Source of the DNA: an uncultured Methyloversatilis sp.
GTDB lineage: Bacteria; Pseudomonadota; Gammaproteobacteria; Burkholderiales; Rhodocyclaceae
DNA length: 64,000 bases
Assembly (NCBI GenBank): GCA_964478415.1
Contig: CAYZII010000003.1
Location: 468 to 64,467, forward strand
Reading direction: 5' to 3'
Under the pieces are notes generated by a model. It worked only from the letters and a program-made list of their open reading frames with translations. It had not been told where the DNA came from and ran no database searches. A program made the translations under genes and the position numbers. Below are positions 49,944-60,124 of the stretch, piece by piece (position 1 is the stretch's first letter; every line of letters begins with the position of its first letter).

Positions 49944-50254
49944 TCGCTCCCCAGGCAGCGCAGCTGGGTGCGCAATCGGTCGATTTCTTCGAGCAGGTCG
50001 GCGACCAGTGCGGCCAGCTCCGGTTGGGCATCGAAATCGCGCTCCAGCTGATGCATGCGCCGCGCGCGGCGCAACGTTTCTTCAGCCAGGCGCCACACGC
50101 CCGCCACGCTTTCGGCATGCGGAAACAACCCCGCTTCGAGATGGGCGAGCAGCCAGTCGGCTTCCACGTCGCAAGCGGCGGCAGCCTGCTCGAGGGTGAG
50201 CCAGCTTTCCTCGAGCAACGTGCCGATCAGAACATCATTCTCGTTCATACTCAT
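49940..50254 (-). CDS. cbpM: Chaperone-modulator CbpM-like (MerR-type fold)
   Basis: 104 aa immediately downstream of and overlapping the cbpA-like gene. Confidence 0.7.
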   Translation of the reverse strand: MSMNENDVLIGTLLEESWLTLEQAAAACDVEADWLLAHLEAGLFPHAESVAGVWRLAEETLRRARRMHQLERDFDAQPELAALVADLLEEIDRLRTQLRCLGSE

Positions 50255-51186
50255 CTCCCGGCGCGCGGATCGAAGGCCAGCTCACGCGCCATCGTTTCGT
50301 AGAGTTCGCGCGCCCGTGGCGTATCGGCCGGCGGCACCCTGATCTGTAGGTTCAACAGCAGATCCCCTGGCGGCTCGGCAGGCAGGCCTTTGCCACGCAC
50401 GCGCAATTGCTGACCAGGCTGAGCACCAGCGGGGATACGCACCTTGACACTGCCGTCGGGTAGCTCGATCGGGATCACCGCGCCGAGCGCCGCTTCCCAA
50501 GGGGCCAGCGGCAAACTCATATGCAGATCCCGGCCAGCGACGCGAAAACGGGGGTGCGGATTGAAATGCACCTCGAGCAGAAGATCCCCTGCCGGCGCAT
50601 TGCCGATACCTGGCACGCCTTGTCCAACCAGCCGGATGATCTGTCCCTCCCGGACGCCTTTGGGAATCTTCACGTTCAGCACGCGGGTATCCAGTATCAG
50701 ATGCCCCTGCGCATCGAGCCGTGGCGCGCGCAGGCTGATCTGGCGCGTGGCGCCGCGATAGGCATCCTCGAGATCGAGATAGATTTTCGCGTGATGGTCT
50801 CCCCCGCGTGCATGGAAGCCGCTGCCGCGATGGACGCGCCCGCCTAAGCCACCAAACAGTTCGGCGAAGAAATCCGAAAACTCTGCCGCTTCGTGAGGAG
50901 AGAAACCCTGTCCGGAAAACTCGAAGCCGGCATCCCAGCCGGGCGGCGGACGGAATTCCTGACCGGGCCGATAGCCCTGGGCCAGCTGATCATAGGCGGC
51001 GCGCTTTTCCGGATCGGACAGCACGGCGTAGGCCTCATTGACCTCCTTCATGCGCTGTTCTGCATCCGGCTCTTTCGAGACATCGGGATGGTACTTGCGC
51101 GCCAGCCTGCGGAAGGCTTTCTTGATCTCATCCTGTGTCGCATCGCGCGCCACGCCCAATACATCGTAATAGTTCTTGAATTCCAT
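50251..51186 (-). CDS. cbpA: DnaJ-class curved-DNA-binding protein CbpA
   Basis: 311 aa. J-domain YYDVLGV...YHPDVSK. No zinc-finger region. Confidence 0.9.
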   Translation of the reverse strand: MEFKNYYDVLGVARDATQDEIKKAFRRLARKYHPDVSKEPDAEQRMKEVNEAYAVLSDPEKRAAYDQLAQGYRPGQEFRPPPGWDAGFEFSGQGFSPHEAAEFSDFFAELFGGLGGRVHRGSGFHARGGDHHAKIYLDLEDAYRGATRQISLRAPRLDAQGHLILDTRVLNVKIPKGVREGQIIRLVGQGVPGIGNAPAGDLLLEVHFNPHPRFRVAGRDLHMSLPLAPWEAALGAVIPIELPDGSVKVRIPAGAQPGQQLRVRGKGLPAEPPGDLLLNLQIRVPPADTPRARELYETMARELAFDPRAGR

Positions 51187-51218
51187 ACCTGCCCCGTTAC
51201 TCGATTCAGTCGATGATC

Positions 51219-51248
51219 AGATGGGGGTTGCTCGGTCTGCCTATCAAG
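51219..51248 (-). promoter_or_regulatory. Sigma-32-like promoter for cbpA-cbpM
   Basis: Minus strand reads CTTGATA-N14-CCCCCATCT, versus consensus CTTGAAA / CCCCATNT. Confidence 0.55.
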
Positions 51249-51249
51249 T

Positions 51250-51280
51250 CCCTTGAATTGGATTACTCTACTCCCATTTG
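51250..51280 (+). promoter_or_regulatory. Sigma-32-like promoter for hsp20
   Basis: CCCTTGAA-N14-TCCCATTT about 30 nt upstream of the hsp20 ATG. GGAGA Shine-Dalgarno sequence follows. Confidence 0.55.
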
Positions 51281-51308
51281 AAATGCATCATCGCCGAAGG
51301 AGACGGAT

Positions 51309-51815
51309 ATGAAGCTCGACAATCTGAAGGAAAATGTGAGCTCACTATGGGACAGCGTCGCCGAGGGGTGGCGGCATTTATGGCATTCGGCACGCAATGC
51401 CCTGACACGTTTTCGGCCCAGCGAGAAAACGCAATTGCCAAAAGCCGAGGAGATCGATGATCGCGCCTTCGAGCCATCCTTCGGCTGGGCGATGGTAGGC
51501 GGCGAGGTCTTCGAGGACGAGAACCGCGTCATCGTGCGCGTCGAACTGCCTGGCATCGACAAGCGTGACATCGATATCCGCGTGCAGCAGGGTGATCTGG
51601 TGATCAGTGGTGAGAAGCGTTTCGCCAGCGAATCCACCAGTGGCTGCTGGCACCGGATAGAATGCGCCTATGGCAGCTTCACGCGCGTGATTCCGCTGCC
51701 TGCCGCGGTCAGGAGCGACGAAGCGCGTGCCTCTTACCAGAACGGCATACTGCGCATCGAGTTGCCGAAACTCTCGCCGGGTTTACACAAGTCGCGTCCG
51801 ATCCCGATCGACTAG
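51309..51815 (+). CDS. Hsp20/alpha-crystallin small heat-shock protein
   Basis: 168 aa. VIVRVELPGIDKRDIDIRV...GILRIELPK. Confidence 0.9.
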   Translation: MKLDNLKENVSSLWDSVAEGWRHLWHSARNALTRFRPSEKTQLPKAEEIDDRAFEPSFGWAMVGGEVFEDENRVIVRVELPGIDKRDIDIRVQQGDLVISGEKRFASESTSGCWHRIECAYGSFTRVIPLPAAVRSDEARASYQNGILRIELPKLSPGLHKSRPIPID

Positions 51816-54041
51816 GAGGCCGGCCACCCAGGCCTGACCGAGCGACAGGCCACCGTCGTTAGGCGGTACTGCCTGCGCCTCGATCAGTGCGATGCCGTGG
51901 CCCGCAAGCCCGCTGCGCAATGCTGCACTCAGCAGGCGGTTCAGCAGGCAGCCGCCGGCGGCGGCGACGGTGCGGATGCCAGTGCGTGCGGCAAAGGCGC
52001 TGAGCCAGTCAGTCAGGGCGGCAGCGAACGTCGCATGGAACAGCGCCGCACCGGCGCTGGCATCCTCGCAGTCTTCCAGCCAGCCGAACAACGTCAGGAG
52101 ATCGAGACCGCCCTCGGCAGTGAGTCGCCATCCTCCTTCCAGCGGGGCAGCCGGTCCATGCCGCGCAGCCAGCCCCTCGAGCAGCATCGCGGCCTGCCCC
52201 TCGAAACTGATACGCCGACGTACTCCCAACAATCCCGCCGCGGCGTCGAACAGCCGGCCCGCGCTCGCGGTCGGCGGACAATGGAAGTCGCGCTCGAGCA
52301 TCTGAGCCACGGTTCCCGCCGCCGGTTCGTCAGCAAACCGCCGCACGATCTCCTCTCCCCGACCCAGGCAGTGCAGCACGGCAGCTGCCATGCGCCAAGG
52401 CTCGCGGGCCGCGACATCGCCTCCCGGCAGCGGCAAAGGTCGCAGATGTGCAAGGCGCTCGCAATCCGCACCATCGACGCGTAACAGCTCGCCGCCCCAG
52501 GCCGTGCCATCCGTGCCGAGCCCGACGCCGTCGAGCGCCAGTCCCAAGACCGGCGACGTGATGCGATGTTCGGCACAGACCGCAGCGATATGCGCATGGT
52601 GGTGCTGCACCCCAAGTGCCGGAATGCCGTGTTCCGCTGCAAAAGCCGCGGCGAAACGCGTTGAAAAGAAATCTGGGTGCAGGTCGTGGGCGACCGCCTC
52701 GGGCCGCACCTCGAGGATGTGCAACAGATGTGCGACGGTCTCCTCGAAGAAGCCGCAGGCGGCGGCATTGTCGAGATCGCCGACATGCTGCGAGACGAAA
52801 GCCTCTTCCCCGCGCGTGACACAGATCGTGTTCTTGAACCAGCCGCCGACGGCGAGCACCGGTGGCAACGGCTGTGGCAGCCGGATCGCCCGGGGCACAT
52901 AGCCGCGCGCACGACGGATGAAGCCCCCGCCAACACTGGCGCGCCGCACCGAATCGTCGCAACGGATCACGATGTCCCGATCGTGCAGCAAAAACGCATC
53001 GGCGATACCGGCAAGCCGCTCCCGGGCTTCCTCGTTGCCGATCACCAGCGGCTCGCCATGCGGATTGGCGCTGGTCATCACCAGCGCCATCTGCGGCGCG
53101 TCGTGAAAGAGCAGATACTGGATCGGGGTGACCGGCAGCATCAGCCCGATCTCGGCGAGCCCTGGCGCTACGCCGGGCAATTCGTTTTTCTTCTCCAGCA
53201 AGACGATCGGCCGCTCCGGCGAGGTCAAGAGTGCCGCCTCGCCAGCGCAGAGTTTTGCATGACGTGCGGCTTGCCCGAGATCCCCGACCATCACCGCGAA
53301 GGGCTTTTCCTCGCGCTGCTTGCGCGCACGCAAGGCCGCGACGACGGCGGCGTTCGTCGCATCGCAGGCGAGATGAAAACCGCCCAGTCCTTTGATCGCG
53401 ACGATCCGGCCGGCTTGCAATAGCTCGAGCGCCGTTGCGATCGGATCGCCGGCCAAAGGTCGGCCCGAAGCATCGCAAAGCGTCAAACGCGGCCCGCACT
53501 GCGGACAGCAGATCGTCTCGGCATGGAAGCGTCTGTCGCGTGGATCACGATATTCCCGCTCACAGTCCGGGCAGAGCGGGAATACCGCCATGCTGGTCTG
53601 CGGCCGGTCATAGGGCAGCCGCCGCGTGATCGTGTAACGTGGCCCGCAGTGGGTGCAGGTGATGAACGGATGACGGTAGCGGCGATTGGCGGGATCGAAC
53701 AGTTCGGCAAGGCAGTCGCTGCAAGTCGCCGTGTCATGACCGATCGCGGTGACGATCCGTCCGCCGGCACTCTCGATGATGCGGAATTCGCGCAGGTGGA
53801 GCGGCTCGCTGGATGTCACCTCCACCGCATCGATGCGTGCCAGCGGTGGCGCTGCGCTTATCAGCCGCGCAATGAAGGTCTGCAACGCCGCATCTGCGCC
53901 TTCGAGATGGATCTCGACGCCCGCGGCGTCGTTCCTCACCCAGCCGGAGAGTCCGAGTTCCTGTGCCAGCCGCCACACGTAAGGACGAAAACCGACCCCT
54001 TGCACGACGCCCCTGACACGTATGCGTATCGCATCAACCAC
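51783..54041 (-). CDS. hypF: [NiFe] hydrogenase maturation carbamoyltransferase HypF
   Basis: GTG 54041. Acylphosphatase [12 protein letters not shown]. Zinc fingers [23 protein letters not shown]. YrdC and Kae1-like domains. Confidence 0.93.
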   Translation of the reverse strand: MVDAIRIRVRGVVQGVGFRPYVWRLAQELGLSGWVRNDAAGVEIHLEGADAALQTFIARLISAAPPLARIDAVEVTSSEPLHLREFRIIESAGGRIVTAIGHDTATCSDCLAELFDPANRRYRHPFITCTHCGPRYTITRRLPYDRPQTSMAVFPLCPDCEREYRDPRDRRFHAETICCPQCGPRLTLCDASGRPLAGDPIATALELLQAGRIVAIKGLGGFHLACDATNAAVVAALRARKQREEKPFAVMVGDLGQAARHAKLCAGEAALLTSPERPIVLLEKKNELPGVAPGLAEIGLMLPVTPIQYLLFHDAPQMALVMTSANPHGEPLVIGNEEARERLAGIADAFLLHDRDIVIRCDDSVRRASVGGGFIRRARGYVPRAIRLPQPLPPVLAVGGWFKNTICVTRGEEAFVSQHVGDLDNAAACGFFEETVAHLLHILEVRPEAVAHDLHPDFFSTRFAAAFAAEHGIPALGVQHHHAHIAAVCAEHRITSPVLGLALDGVGLGTDGTAWGGELLRVDGADCERLAHLRPLPLPGGDVAAREPWRMAAAVLHCLGRGEEIVRRFADEPAAGTVAQMLERDFHCPPTASAGRLFDAAAGLLGVRRRISFEGQAAMLLEGLAARHGPAAPLEGGWRLTAEGGLDLLTLFGWLEDCEDASAGAALFHATFAAALTDWLSAFAARTGIRTVAAAGGCLLNRLLSAALRSGLAGHGIALIEAQAVPPNDGGLSLGQAWVAGLLVDRDRTRLV
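53231..53258 (+). repeat. Dispersed repeat core inside hypF (antisense to gene)
   Basis: GTGCCGCCTCGCCAGCGCAGAGTTTTGC, about 23/27 to the consensus by hand count. Confidence 0.6.
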
Positions 54042-54906
54042 GAAGCCCCGCGACGCCTTTCTCGATCCAGGCAAACCACGTGTCCATGCCCGCGCCGGTC
54101 TTCGCCGAGACCTGCAGCACTTCGAGCAATGGATTGACGCGGCGCGCGTTGGCAACCGCCCTGTCGGGATCGAAATCGACGTGTGGCAACAGATCCGTCT
54201 TGTTGATCAGCATCAGCCGCGCGGCGCGGAACATGTCCGGGTATTTGAGCGGCTTGTCCTCGCCTTCGGTGACCGAGAGGATCACCACCTTGCCGGCTTC
54301 GCCGAGATCGAAGGCCGCCGGGCAGACGAGATTGCCGACGTTCTCGATCATCAGCACGCCGCCGTTTGCCAGCGGCAGCTTCTCCAACGCATGGCCGACC
54401 ATGTGGGCATCAAGATGGCAGCCCTTGCCCGTGTTGATCTGCACCGCCGGTGCGCCGGTGGCGCGGATACGTTCGGCATCGAAGCTGGTCTGCTGGTCGC
54501 CCTCGATCACCGCGATCGGCACCTTGCCTTTCAGCCCCTCGATGGTCTTCACGAGCAGCGTCGTCTTGCCCGAGCCGGGGCTGGAGACGAGGTTGAGAGC
54601 CAATACGCCGCGGGCGGCGAAAAAATCGCGGTTCTGCGCGGCGAAGGCATTGTTCTTCGCCAGGATGTCCTGCTCCAGACGCAACGTACGGCCGTGGTCG
54701 TGCGCATGCCCCGTCGGGCGGTAGCCATGTTGCCCCTCGGCGGCATGGGCATGCGTGTGATCATGCTCGCTGCCGTGGCCATGCGTCTGGGCATGGTCGT
54801 GCGGGTGACTGTGGGTCGTGCCGTCCGCATGGGTATGTTCGTGGGTATGGACGGTTTGCCCTTCGATTTTCGTTTCGCCTTCGCCGCAGCCGCAGGTCGT
54901 GCACAT
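54034..54906 (-). CDS. hypB: Hydrogenase nickel-incorporation GTPase HypB with His-rich tract
   Basis: N-terminus [10 protein letters not shown]. About 50-aa His-rich region. P-loop [11 protein letters not shown]. Confidence 0.95.
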   Translation of the reverse strand: MCTTCGCGEGETKIEGQTVHTHEHTHADGTTHSHPHDHAQTHGHGSEHDHTHAHAAEGQHGYRPTGHAHDHGRTLRLEQDILAKNNAFAAQNRDFFAARGVLALNLVSSPGSGKTTLLVKTIEGLKGKVPIAVIEGDQQTSFDAERIRATGAPAVQINTGKGCHLDAHMVGHALEKLPLANGGVLMIENVGNLVCPAAFDLGEAGKVVILSVTEGEDKPLKYPDMFRAARLMLINKTDLLPHVDFDPDRAVANARRVNPLLEVLQVSAKTGAGMDTWFAWIEKGVAGLRG

Positions 54907-54912
54907 GATGCT

Positions 54913-55254
54913 TCACTCCACTTCCAGGTCGATGATGCGCAGCGCGTCGCCACCGGTCACCTGCACCGGAAAACCGCCACAATGCGCGCAGGGATCATAA
55001 ACGTTCGCCAGCGGCGTGTCCCGGCCGCACTGCACACACCGTCCCGCCCCCGGGGTCGCGACGATCTCGAGCCGGGCGCCCTCGGTAATGCCACCTCGCA
55101 TCACGACGTCGAAACAGAACGCGAAGGCCTCGCGCTCGACACCGGAGAGCTGGCCGATCTCGACGCGCACGCTGCTCACATGGTCAAACCCTTCGCGTGC
55201 CGCCGCCTCCTCGATCAGCTCGCGCACACTCACGGCCAGCGACATTTCATGCAT
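54913..55254 (-). CDS. hypA: Hydrogenase nickel-insertion protein HypA
   Basis: 113 aa. MHEMS start. CVQCG...CAHCG zinc site. Confidence 0.9.
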   Translation of the reverse strand: MHEMSLAVSVRELIEEAAAREGFDHVSSVRVEIGQLSGVEREAFAFCFDVVMRGGITEGARLEIVATPGAGRCVQCGRDTPLANVYDPCAHCGGFPVQVTGGDALRIIDLEVE

Positions 55255-55263
55255 GAAACAATT

Positions 55264-55731
55264 TTACTCGCCCAAGCCAAGGAGCTTGCGGCGTGTCCCG
55301 GAAACGGGCGAGCCATCCTCGGCCTGTGGCTGCACTGCCGGCATGTCGAGTGCGATCAGGCAGGCACGCGCGGTGGCCAGTGCGGTCTCCTGATCGGCGA
55401 AAGGTTTCATGTCGGAAATCAACGGGCAGGCAAGATAGTCGCCGAGCCCCTCTTCGTGGTTCGGCAAAAAGGCGAAAGTGCCAGCCGGATACTCGCGGAA
55501 AACACGTTCATGCGGTGCTGGAACCGGCCACTCTGCGACCGCCGGCAACAGCAGCAGCTGGATGCCCCAAGGGGTGACCAGCACACCACGCCAGTCGTCG
55601 CCCTGGCGCGCGAAACCGACCACGGCGACGGTAAGCCTGGGATTCAGAAACGGCAATCCGGCCATACGCTCGGTCTCGATACGCCGGAAGGTGGCTTCGA
55701 TCAGCGGGCCGGGGTTTTCAACGTGAAACAT
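55264..55731 (-). CDS. hybE: [NiFe] hydrogenase assembly chaperone HybE-like
   Basis: Start taken at ATG 55731 (MFHVENPGPLIEATFRRIETERMAGLPFLNP...). The longer ORF start at 55779 would overlap hyaD. Confidence 0.7.
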   Translation of the reverse strand: MFHVENPGPLIEATFRRIETERMAGLPFLNPRLTVAVVGFARQGDDWRGVLVTPWGIQLLLLPAVAEWPVPAPHERVFREYPAGTFAFLPNHEEGLGDYLACPLISDMKPFADQETALATARACLIALDMPAVQPQAEDGSPVSGTRRKLLGLGE

Positions 55732-55758
55732 GCCGTTCTGCCAGCGCCGATTTTCAGC
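55730..55758 (+). repeat. Dispersed repeat core filling the hyaD-hybE junction
   Basis: ATGCCGTTCTGCCAGCGCCGATTTTCAGC. Contains the hybE start (CAT 55729-55731) and the hyaD stop (TCA 55754-55756). Confidence 0.7.
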
Positions 55759-56230
55759 GGCGCGCCGGTGGGAGGCCACGCTGCGCCAGCACGTCCACGG
55801 TACACGCGACCAGTTCCGGCACCCGAGCGGCGAGGGTCGGGGTCAGCTCCATGCCGAGGTCGAGCGACAACGGCTGGGCGCCGAGCACGATTGTCTCTTG
55901 CGGCGCGGCGCCGATGAATTCGAGCGCCGCCAACACATCGGGCAGACCGATGCCGTGCGGCGAGAGGTTGCGGCGGAAGAACACCGGCACCTCGGCGCCG
56001 GTCAGCTCGATCAGCGTGCCCGGCGGCCTACCGTCGTCGATCGCGTCGATCACCACCAGCAGGTCGAGATGGGAGAGCTCCTCGAGCATCTCCATGCTCG
56101 AAGTACCGCCATCGATGGCAACCACCCCCGTAGGCAGCACGTAATCGCGTTCGAGGGCTTCGATAACGCGCACACCCAGCCCTTCATCGGCGCGGATCAT
56201 GTTGCCTACGCCGAGTATGACGGCTTTCAT
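55754..56230 (-). CDS. hybD: Hydrogenase maturation endopeptidase (HyaD/HybD family)
   Basis: 158 aa. ILGVGNMIRADEGLGVRV. Confidence 0.9.
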   Translation of the reverse strand: MKAVILGVGNMIRADEGLGVRVIEALERDYVLPTGVVAIDGGTSSMEMLEELSHLDLLVVIDAIDDGRPPGTLIELTGAEVPVFFRRNLSPHGIGLPDVLAALEFIGAAPQETIVLGAQPLSLDLGMELTPTLAARVPELVACTVDVLAQRGLPPARR

Positions 56231-56236
56231 GCCGAC

Positions 56237-57943
56237 CTACACCACCTTCACCGAAACGCTACTGCGCTTGTCCTTGTCGGTCAGATGGATCGCACAGGCG
56301 ATGCACGGGTCGAACGAATGCACGGTGCGCAGCACCTCGAGCGGCTGCTCGGGATCGGCGATCGGATTGTCAAGGAGTGAAGCCTCATACGGGCCCGGCT
56401 CGTCCTTCTCGTTGCGCGGACAGGCATTCCAGGTCGATGGCACGACGCACTGGTAGTTCTTGATCTTGCCGTCGTTGATGACGACCCAGTGCGACAGCAC
56501 GCCGCGCGGCGCCTCGTGGAAGCCCACACCCATCACCTCGCCCTTCGGGAAACTCGGCGCATTGAAAGTCTTGGTATCTCCCTTGGCGATGTTGTTGACC
56601 AGCAGCTGCCACTGTTCGGCGAGCTGATCGACCATCACCGCGCAACGCACCGCGCGGGCGGCATGGCGGCCGATCGTCGAATGCAACGCTTCGAGACCGA
56701 CCTTGGTCTTGGCCAGTGAAGACACCAGGTCGAGCGCGGCGGTCGCATATTTCTTCGTCGGCTCGTGGCCGGCGGCGAACATCGCCAGCACGTTCGCCAG
56801 TGGCCCGACCTGCGCCGGCTTGCCGTAGAAAGTCGGCGACTTGAGCCAGGAATACTTGCCGTCGGCCTGGAAGTCGGTGTATTTCGGTTTCGTCTCGCCC
56901 TGGTAGGGATGCAACGGCTTTTGCGTGCTGTAGTCGTACCAGGAGTGCTTAACCGACTCTTCGACCCCCTTGCCCCAGAACTGGTCGTCGAAGGCCACGA
57001 TCGGCTTGAATTTCGCGATGTTGCCACCTTCGATGTATCCCCCAGGCAACGCGAACTGCGTCCCTTTCGTATCGAGCGGAATGTCCGGCACACACAGGTA
57101 GTTCGTCACACCCGCGCCATACTTGGTCCAGTCGGCATAGAAGGCGCCGACCGCGGCGACATCGACCAGATAGACGTTCTTGACGAAGTCGGCCAGTTCG
57201 TCGATGTAGGCCTTGATCGCCATCAGCCGCTCGACGGTGAGCACCGACTGCGCGTCGGTGGCGATCGGGTTGGCCACGCCGCCGACCGCCAGGTTCTGGA
57301 TGTGCGGCGTCTTCGAGCCGAGGATCGAGACGATCTTGTTGGCCTTCCTCTGCACTTCGAGCGCCTGCAGATAGTGGGCCACGGCGAGCAGATTCACTTC
57401 TGGCGGCAGCTTCATCGCCGGATGGCCCCAGTAGCCGTTGGTGAAGATGCCGAGCTGGCCGCCATTGACGAATCCGGCCAGACGCTCTTTGACCGCGCGC
57501 ATCTCGTGCTTGCCGTTGCGGTTCCAGGACGACAGGCTCTCGGCGAGGCTCGCGGTCTTGTCCGGATCGGCTTTCAATGCCTGCGTGACATCGACCCAAT
57601 CGAGCGCCGACAGGTGATAGAAGTGCACGATGTGGTCATGCACCGCGTGCGCCAGGATGATCAGGTTGCGAATGTACTGGGCGTTGAGCGGCACCTCGAG
57701 CTGCAGCGCATTTTCGACCGCGCGTACCGAAGCGATCGCATGCACGGTGGTACATACGCCGCAGATGCGTTGCGTGATCGTCCAAGCGTCGCGCGGATCG
57801 CGGCCGAGCAGGATCAGCTCGACGCCGCGCCACATCTGGCCGGACGACCAGGCTTTCTTCACCCGGCCGCCGTCGACATCGACGTCGATGCGCAGGTGGC
57901 CCTCGATGCGGGTAATCGGATCAATCGTAATGCGTTTCGCCAT
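56237..57943 (-). CDS. hybC: [NiFe] hydrogenase large subunit (uptake, Hyb-type context)
   Basis: 568 aa. RIEGHLRI, RICGVCTTVH. C-terminus DPCIACAIH followed by a 15-aa extension. Confidence 0.97.
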   Translation of the reverse strand: MAKRITIDPITRIEGHLRIDVDVDGGRVKKAWSSGQMWRGVELILLGRDPRDAWTITQRICGVCTTVHAIASVRAVENALQLEVPLNAQYIRNLIILAHAVHDHIVHFYHLSALDWVDVTQALKADPDKTASLAESLSSWNRNGKHEMRAVKERLAGFVNGGQLGIFTNGYWGHPAMKLPPEVNLLAVAHYLQALEVQRKANKIVSILGSKTPHIQNLAVGGVANPIATDAQSVLTVERLMAIKAYIDELADFVKNVYLVDVAAVGAFYADWTKYGAGVTNYLCVPDIPLDTKGTQFALPGGYIEGGNIAKFKPIVAFDDQFWGKGVEESVKHSWYDYSTQKPLHPYQGETKPKYTDFQADGKYSWLKSPTFYGKPAQVGPLANVLAMFAAGHEPTKKYATAALDLVSSLAKTKVGLEALHSTIGRHAARAVRCAVMVDQLAEQWQLLVNNIAKGDTKTFNAPSFPKGEVMGVGFHEAPRGVLSHWVVINDGKIKNYQCVVPSTWNACPRNEKDEPGPYEASLLDNPIADPEQPLEVLRTVHSFDPCIACAIHLTDKDKRSSVSVKVV

Positions 57944-57961
57944 TTTGTTATCTCCAATCGA

Positions 57962-59125
57962 TCAGGCTTCACGCGGCAGCACCGGGAAGCGGCGGGTGAT
58001 GATGACATAGCCGAGCACCTCGATCGAGAACATGCCGACGGTGACGAGGATCTCGGTGAGCGACGGGAAGTAGTGGAAATTCACGCCGGAGGTCTCGGCG
58101 CCGATCACGGTCTGATAACCGATCAGGTAGCCATTGAGCCGCAGCAGTGAACCGGCGAGCATCAACAGGATGCCGGCGATGAACAGGCGCGCCGGGTTGC
58201 GGCGCTGCGCCTGCGTACCGATGACGAAGAACGGCAGGACGAAGCAGAGCATTTCCAGCCAGAAAAACAGCGCTTCGAGCGTGGCTGCAAAAGCGAGCGA
58301 CAGCGCACCGCGCACGAGCAGGTCGCCGACACGCACGATGAGATAGGTCGCCAGCACGCCGAGCATCACCTTCGCCAGCGGTGTCAAGAGGTGCATCTCG
58401 ATCGAGCGCCGGTAGGCAGACGAGGCCAGGCAGGACTCGAACAGCACCACCGCATACCCCATCGTGATCGCGGTGAGCAGATACAGCGCCGGCTGCAACG
58501 GTGTTTGCCACAGCGGATGGATCTGCGGCCCCATCACGACGAGCAGCGTGCCCAGCGACGACTGGTGCATCATCGGCAGCAGCGTGCCCAGCGCGACGAT
58601 CGCGAACATCACCTTGGAGAGCTTGCGTTTCGCCTCGGTCATGCCGAACTTCTCGAGGAAGGTCGGCGCGAATTCGATCCACATCACGATGATGTAGAGC
58701 GTGATGCAGATCGCCACCTCGAACATCACCGAGTTCGGGTTTACCGACCAGGGCCAGTACATATTCCAGACGTTCCACCAGCGGCCCAGATCGACGATCA
58801 CTGCCACACCGGCGAGCGTATAGCCGAACAGGCTGGCCAGGAGCGCCGGCCGCACCAACGGGTGATACTCGCCGCGGTTGAAGATGTAGACCAGCATCGC
58901 GACCGAAAAGCCGCCGCAGGCGAAGGCCGAACCGATCATCACATCGACGACGATCCAGATGCCCCACGGGTAGCCATCGTTCAGGTTTGTGACGCTGCCC
59001 AGGCCATAGAGGAAACGCACCAGCAGGATGGCCGCCATCACGGCGATCAAGACGCCGGCGGTGAGCGTCACCGCGTTGAAGAGCGGACCACCGACTGGAG
59101 CCGGTTTGGCATGATGGCTGCTCAT
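57962..59125 (-). CDS. hybB: NrfD/HybB-type integral membrane quinone-interacting subunit
   Basis: 387 aa with about 10 TM segments. ATGA overlap with hybA. Confidence 0.85.
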   Translation of the reverse strand: MSSHHAKPAPVGGPLFNAVTLTAGVLIAVMAAILLVRFLYGLGSVTNLNDGYPWGIWIVVDVMIGSAFACGGFSVAMLVYIFNRGEYHPLVRPALLASLFGYTLAGVAVIVDLGRWWNVWNMYWPWSVNPNSVMFEVAICITLYIIVMWIEFAPTFLEKFGMTEAKRKLSKVMFAIVALGTLLPMMHQSSLGTLLVVMGPQIHPLWQTPLQPALYLLTAITMGYAVVLFESCLASSAYRRSIEMHLLTPLAKVMLGVLATYLIVRVGDLLVRGALSLAFAATLEALFFWLEMLCFVLPFFVIGTQAQRRNPARLFIAGILLMLAGSLLRLNGYLIGYQTVIGAETSGVNFHYFPSLTEILVTVGMFSIEVLGYVIITRRFPVLPREA

Positions 59126-60123
59126 GACTCGTCTCCTTCATCCGGCTTGACATTGCGCTTGGCGACCCAGGTCAGTGCGCCCAGCACGGCGATCGGCATC
59201 ACCAGTCCGCCATAGAGCGTGTGCTGGATCGTTTCCGACGTCGCCGCCGACGAAGAGGGCGGCAGCTTCGGCATACCAACCTTCTCAAAAGGCACGCCGG
59301 AGAGCTTGAGCACTTGTGTACCGCCGTATTCGGTCTCGCCGTAGATATGCTGCTGGTAGTTGCCGACCACGCCTTCATACCGTTGATCGGGCTCCTCGCG
59401 CCACTTGACACCGGGGGCGGCGGCATCGCCAAGGCGGCCACGCGGATAGGTGGTGATGCTGCCAGGTTTCAGGGACAGGCGGCGCTTCGCTTCGGCGAGT
59501 AGATCGGCGGTGCGGCCGAACAGCGTCGCGCCGGTCGGACACACCTCGGCACAGGCCGAGTAGTGGCCATCCTTGTGACGATGCCTGCACAGCTCGCATT
59601 TGCCGATGCGGCCGGTCGGGCTGTCGTATTGATACTTCGGGATGCCGAACGGACACGCCGCGACGCAGTAACGGCAGCCGATGCACTTGTCCGGGTTGTA
59701 TTTGACGATGCCGGTCACCGGATCCTTGGTCATCGCCGAGACCGGGCAGGCCGAGACGCAGGACGGATCCGCACAATGCATGCACGAAGTCTTCATGAAG
59801 GCATAACCGTTCTTCTCGGCGTCCTTTGTTTCCATCGTGCCGTGGCGGTACATCTTGATCAGGTTGAAGGTGTAGCCGCTGGTGTCGAGCGGCGTATCCC
59901 AAAGATGGTCCACGGTGTTGAATTCGGGCGGATTGCCGTTCGCCTCCTTGCAGGCCGCCACACAGGCCTTGCAGCCGACACACAGCGTCGCGTCATAGAG
60001 CAGACCCAGAGCGCCTTCCGGCACCTTGTGGGTTTCGCGCGCCTCGGCCAGCGGAGTGGCGGTACCCGCCACCATGCCGGTAACGGCGAGCGCCCCTTTG
60101 AGAAATTCGCGTCGCGTGCTCAT
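59122..60123 (-). CDS. hybA: Tat-exported 4x[4Fe-4S] ferredoxin-type subunit HybA
   Basis: ATG 60123 after GGAGG. Tat motif TRREFLKG. Several CxxCxxCxxxCP motifs. C-terminal TM anchor. Confidence 0.9.
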   Translation of the reverse strand: MSTRREFLKGALAVTGMVAGTATPLAEARETHKVPEGALGLLYDATLCVGCKACVAACKEANGNPPEFNTVDHLWDTPLDTSGYTFNLIKMYRHGTMETKDAEKNGYAFMKTSCMHCADPSCVSACPVSAMTKDPVTGIVKYNPDKCIGCRYCVAACPFGIPKYQYDSPTGRIGKCELCRHRHKDGHYSACAEVCPTGATLFGRTADLLAEAKRRLSLKPGSITTYPRGRLGDAAAPGVKWREEPDQRYEGVVGNYQQHIYGETEYGGTQVLKLSGVPFEKVGMPKLPPSSSAATSETIQHTLYGGLVMPIAVLGALTWVAKRNVKPDEGDES

Positions 60124-60124
60124 C

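Noticed and set aside
54022-55917. 631-aa ORF on the plus strand
   Set aside because: It is antisense to hypB, hypA, hybE and hyaD, all of which have clear family signatures. The translation is Arg/Ala/Gly-rich and motif-free.
56237-56290. Possibility of a [NiFeSe] hydrogenase (UGA-encoded selenocysteine) in hybC
   Set aside because: The C-terminal motif is DPCIACAIH with ordinary Cys codons, and there is no in-frame TGA.
57969-59153. 394-aa minus-strand ORF in an alternative frame over hybB
   Set aside because: The translation is Arg/Pro/Gly-rich. The other frame gives a typical polytopic NrfD/HybB protein with ATGA coupling to hybA.
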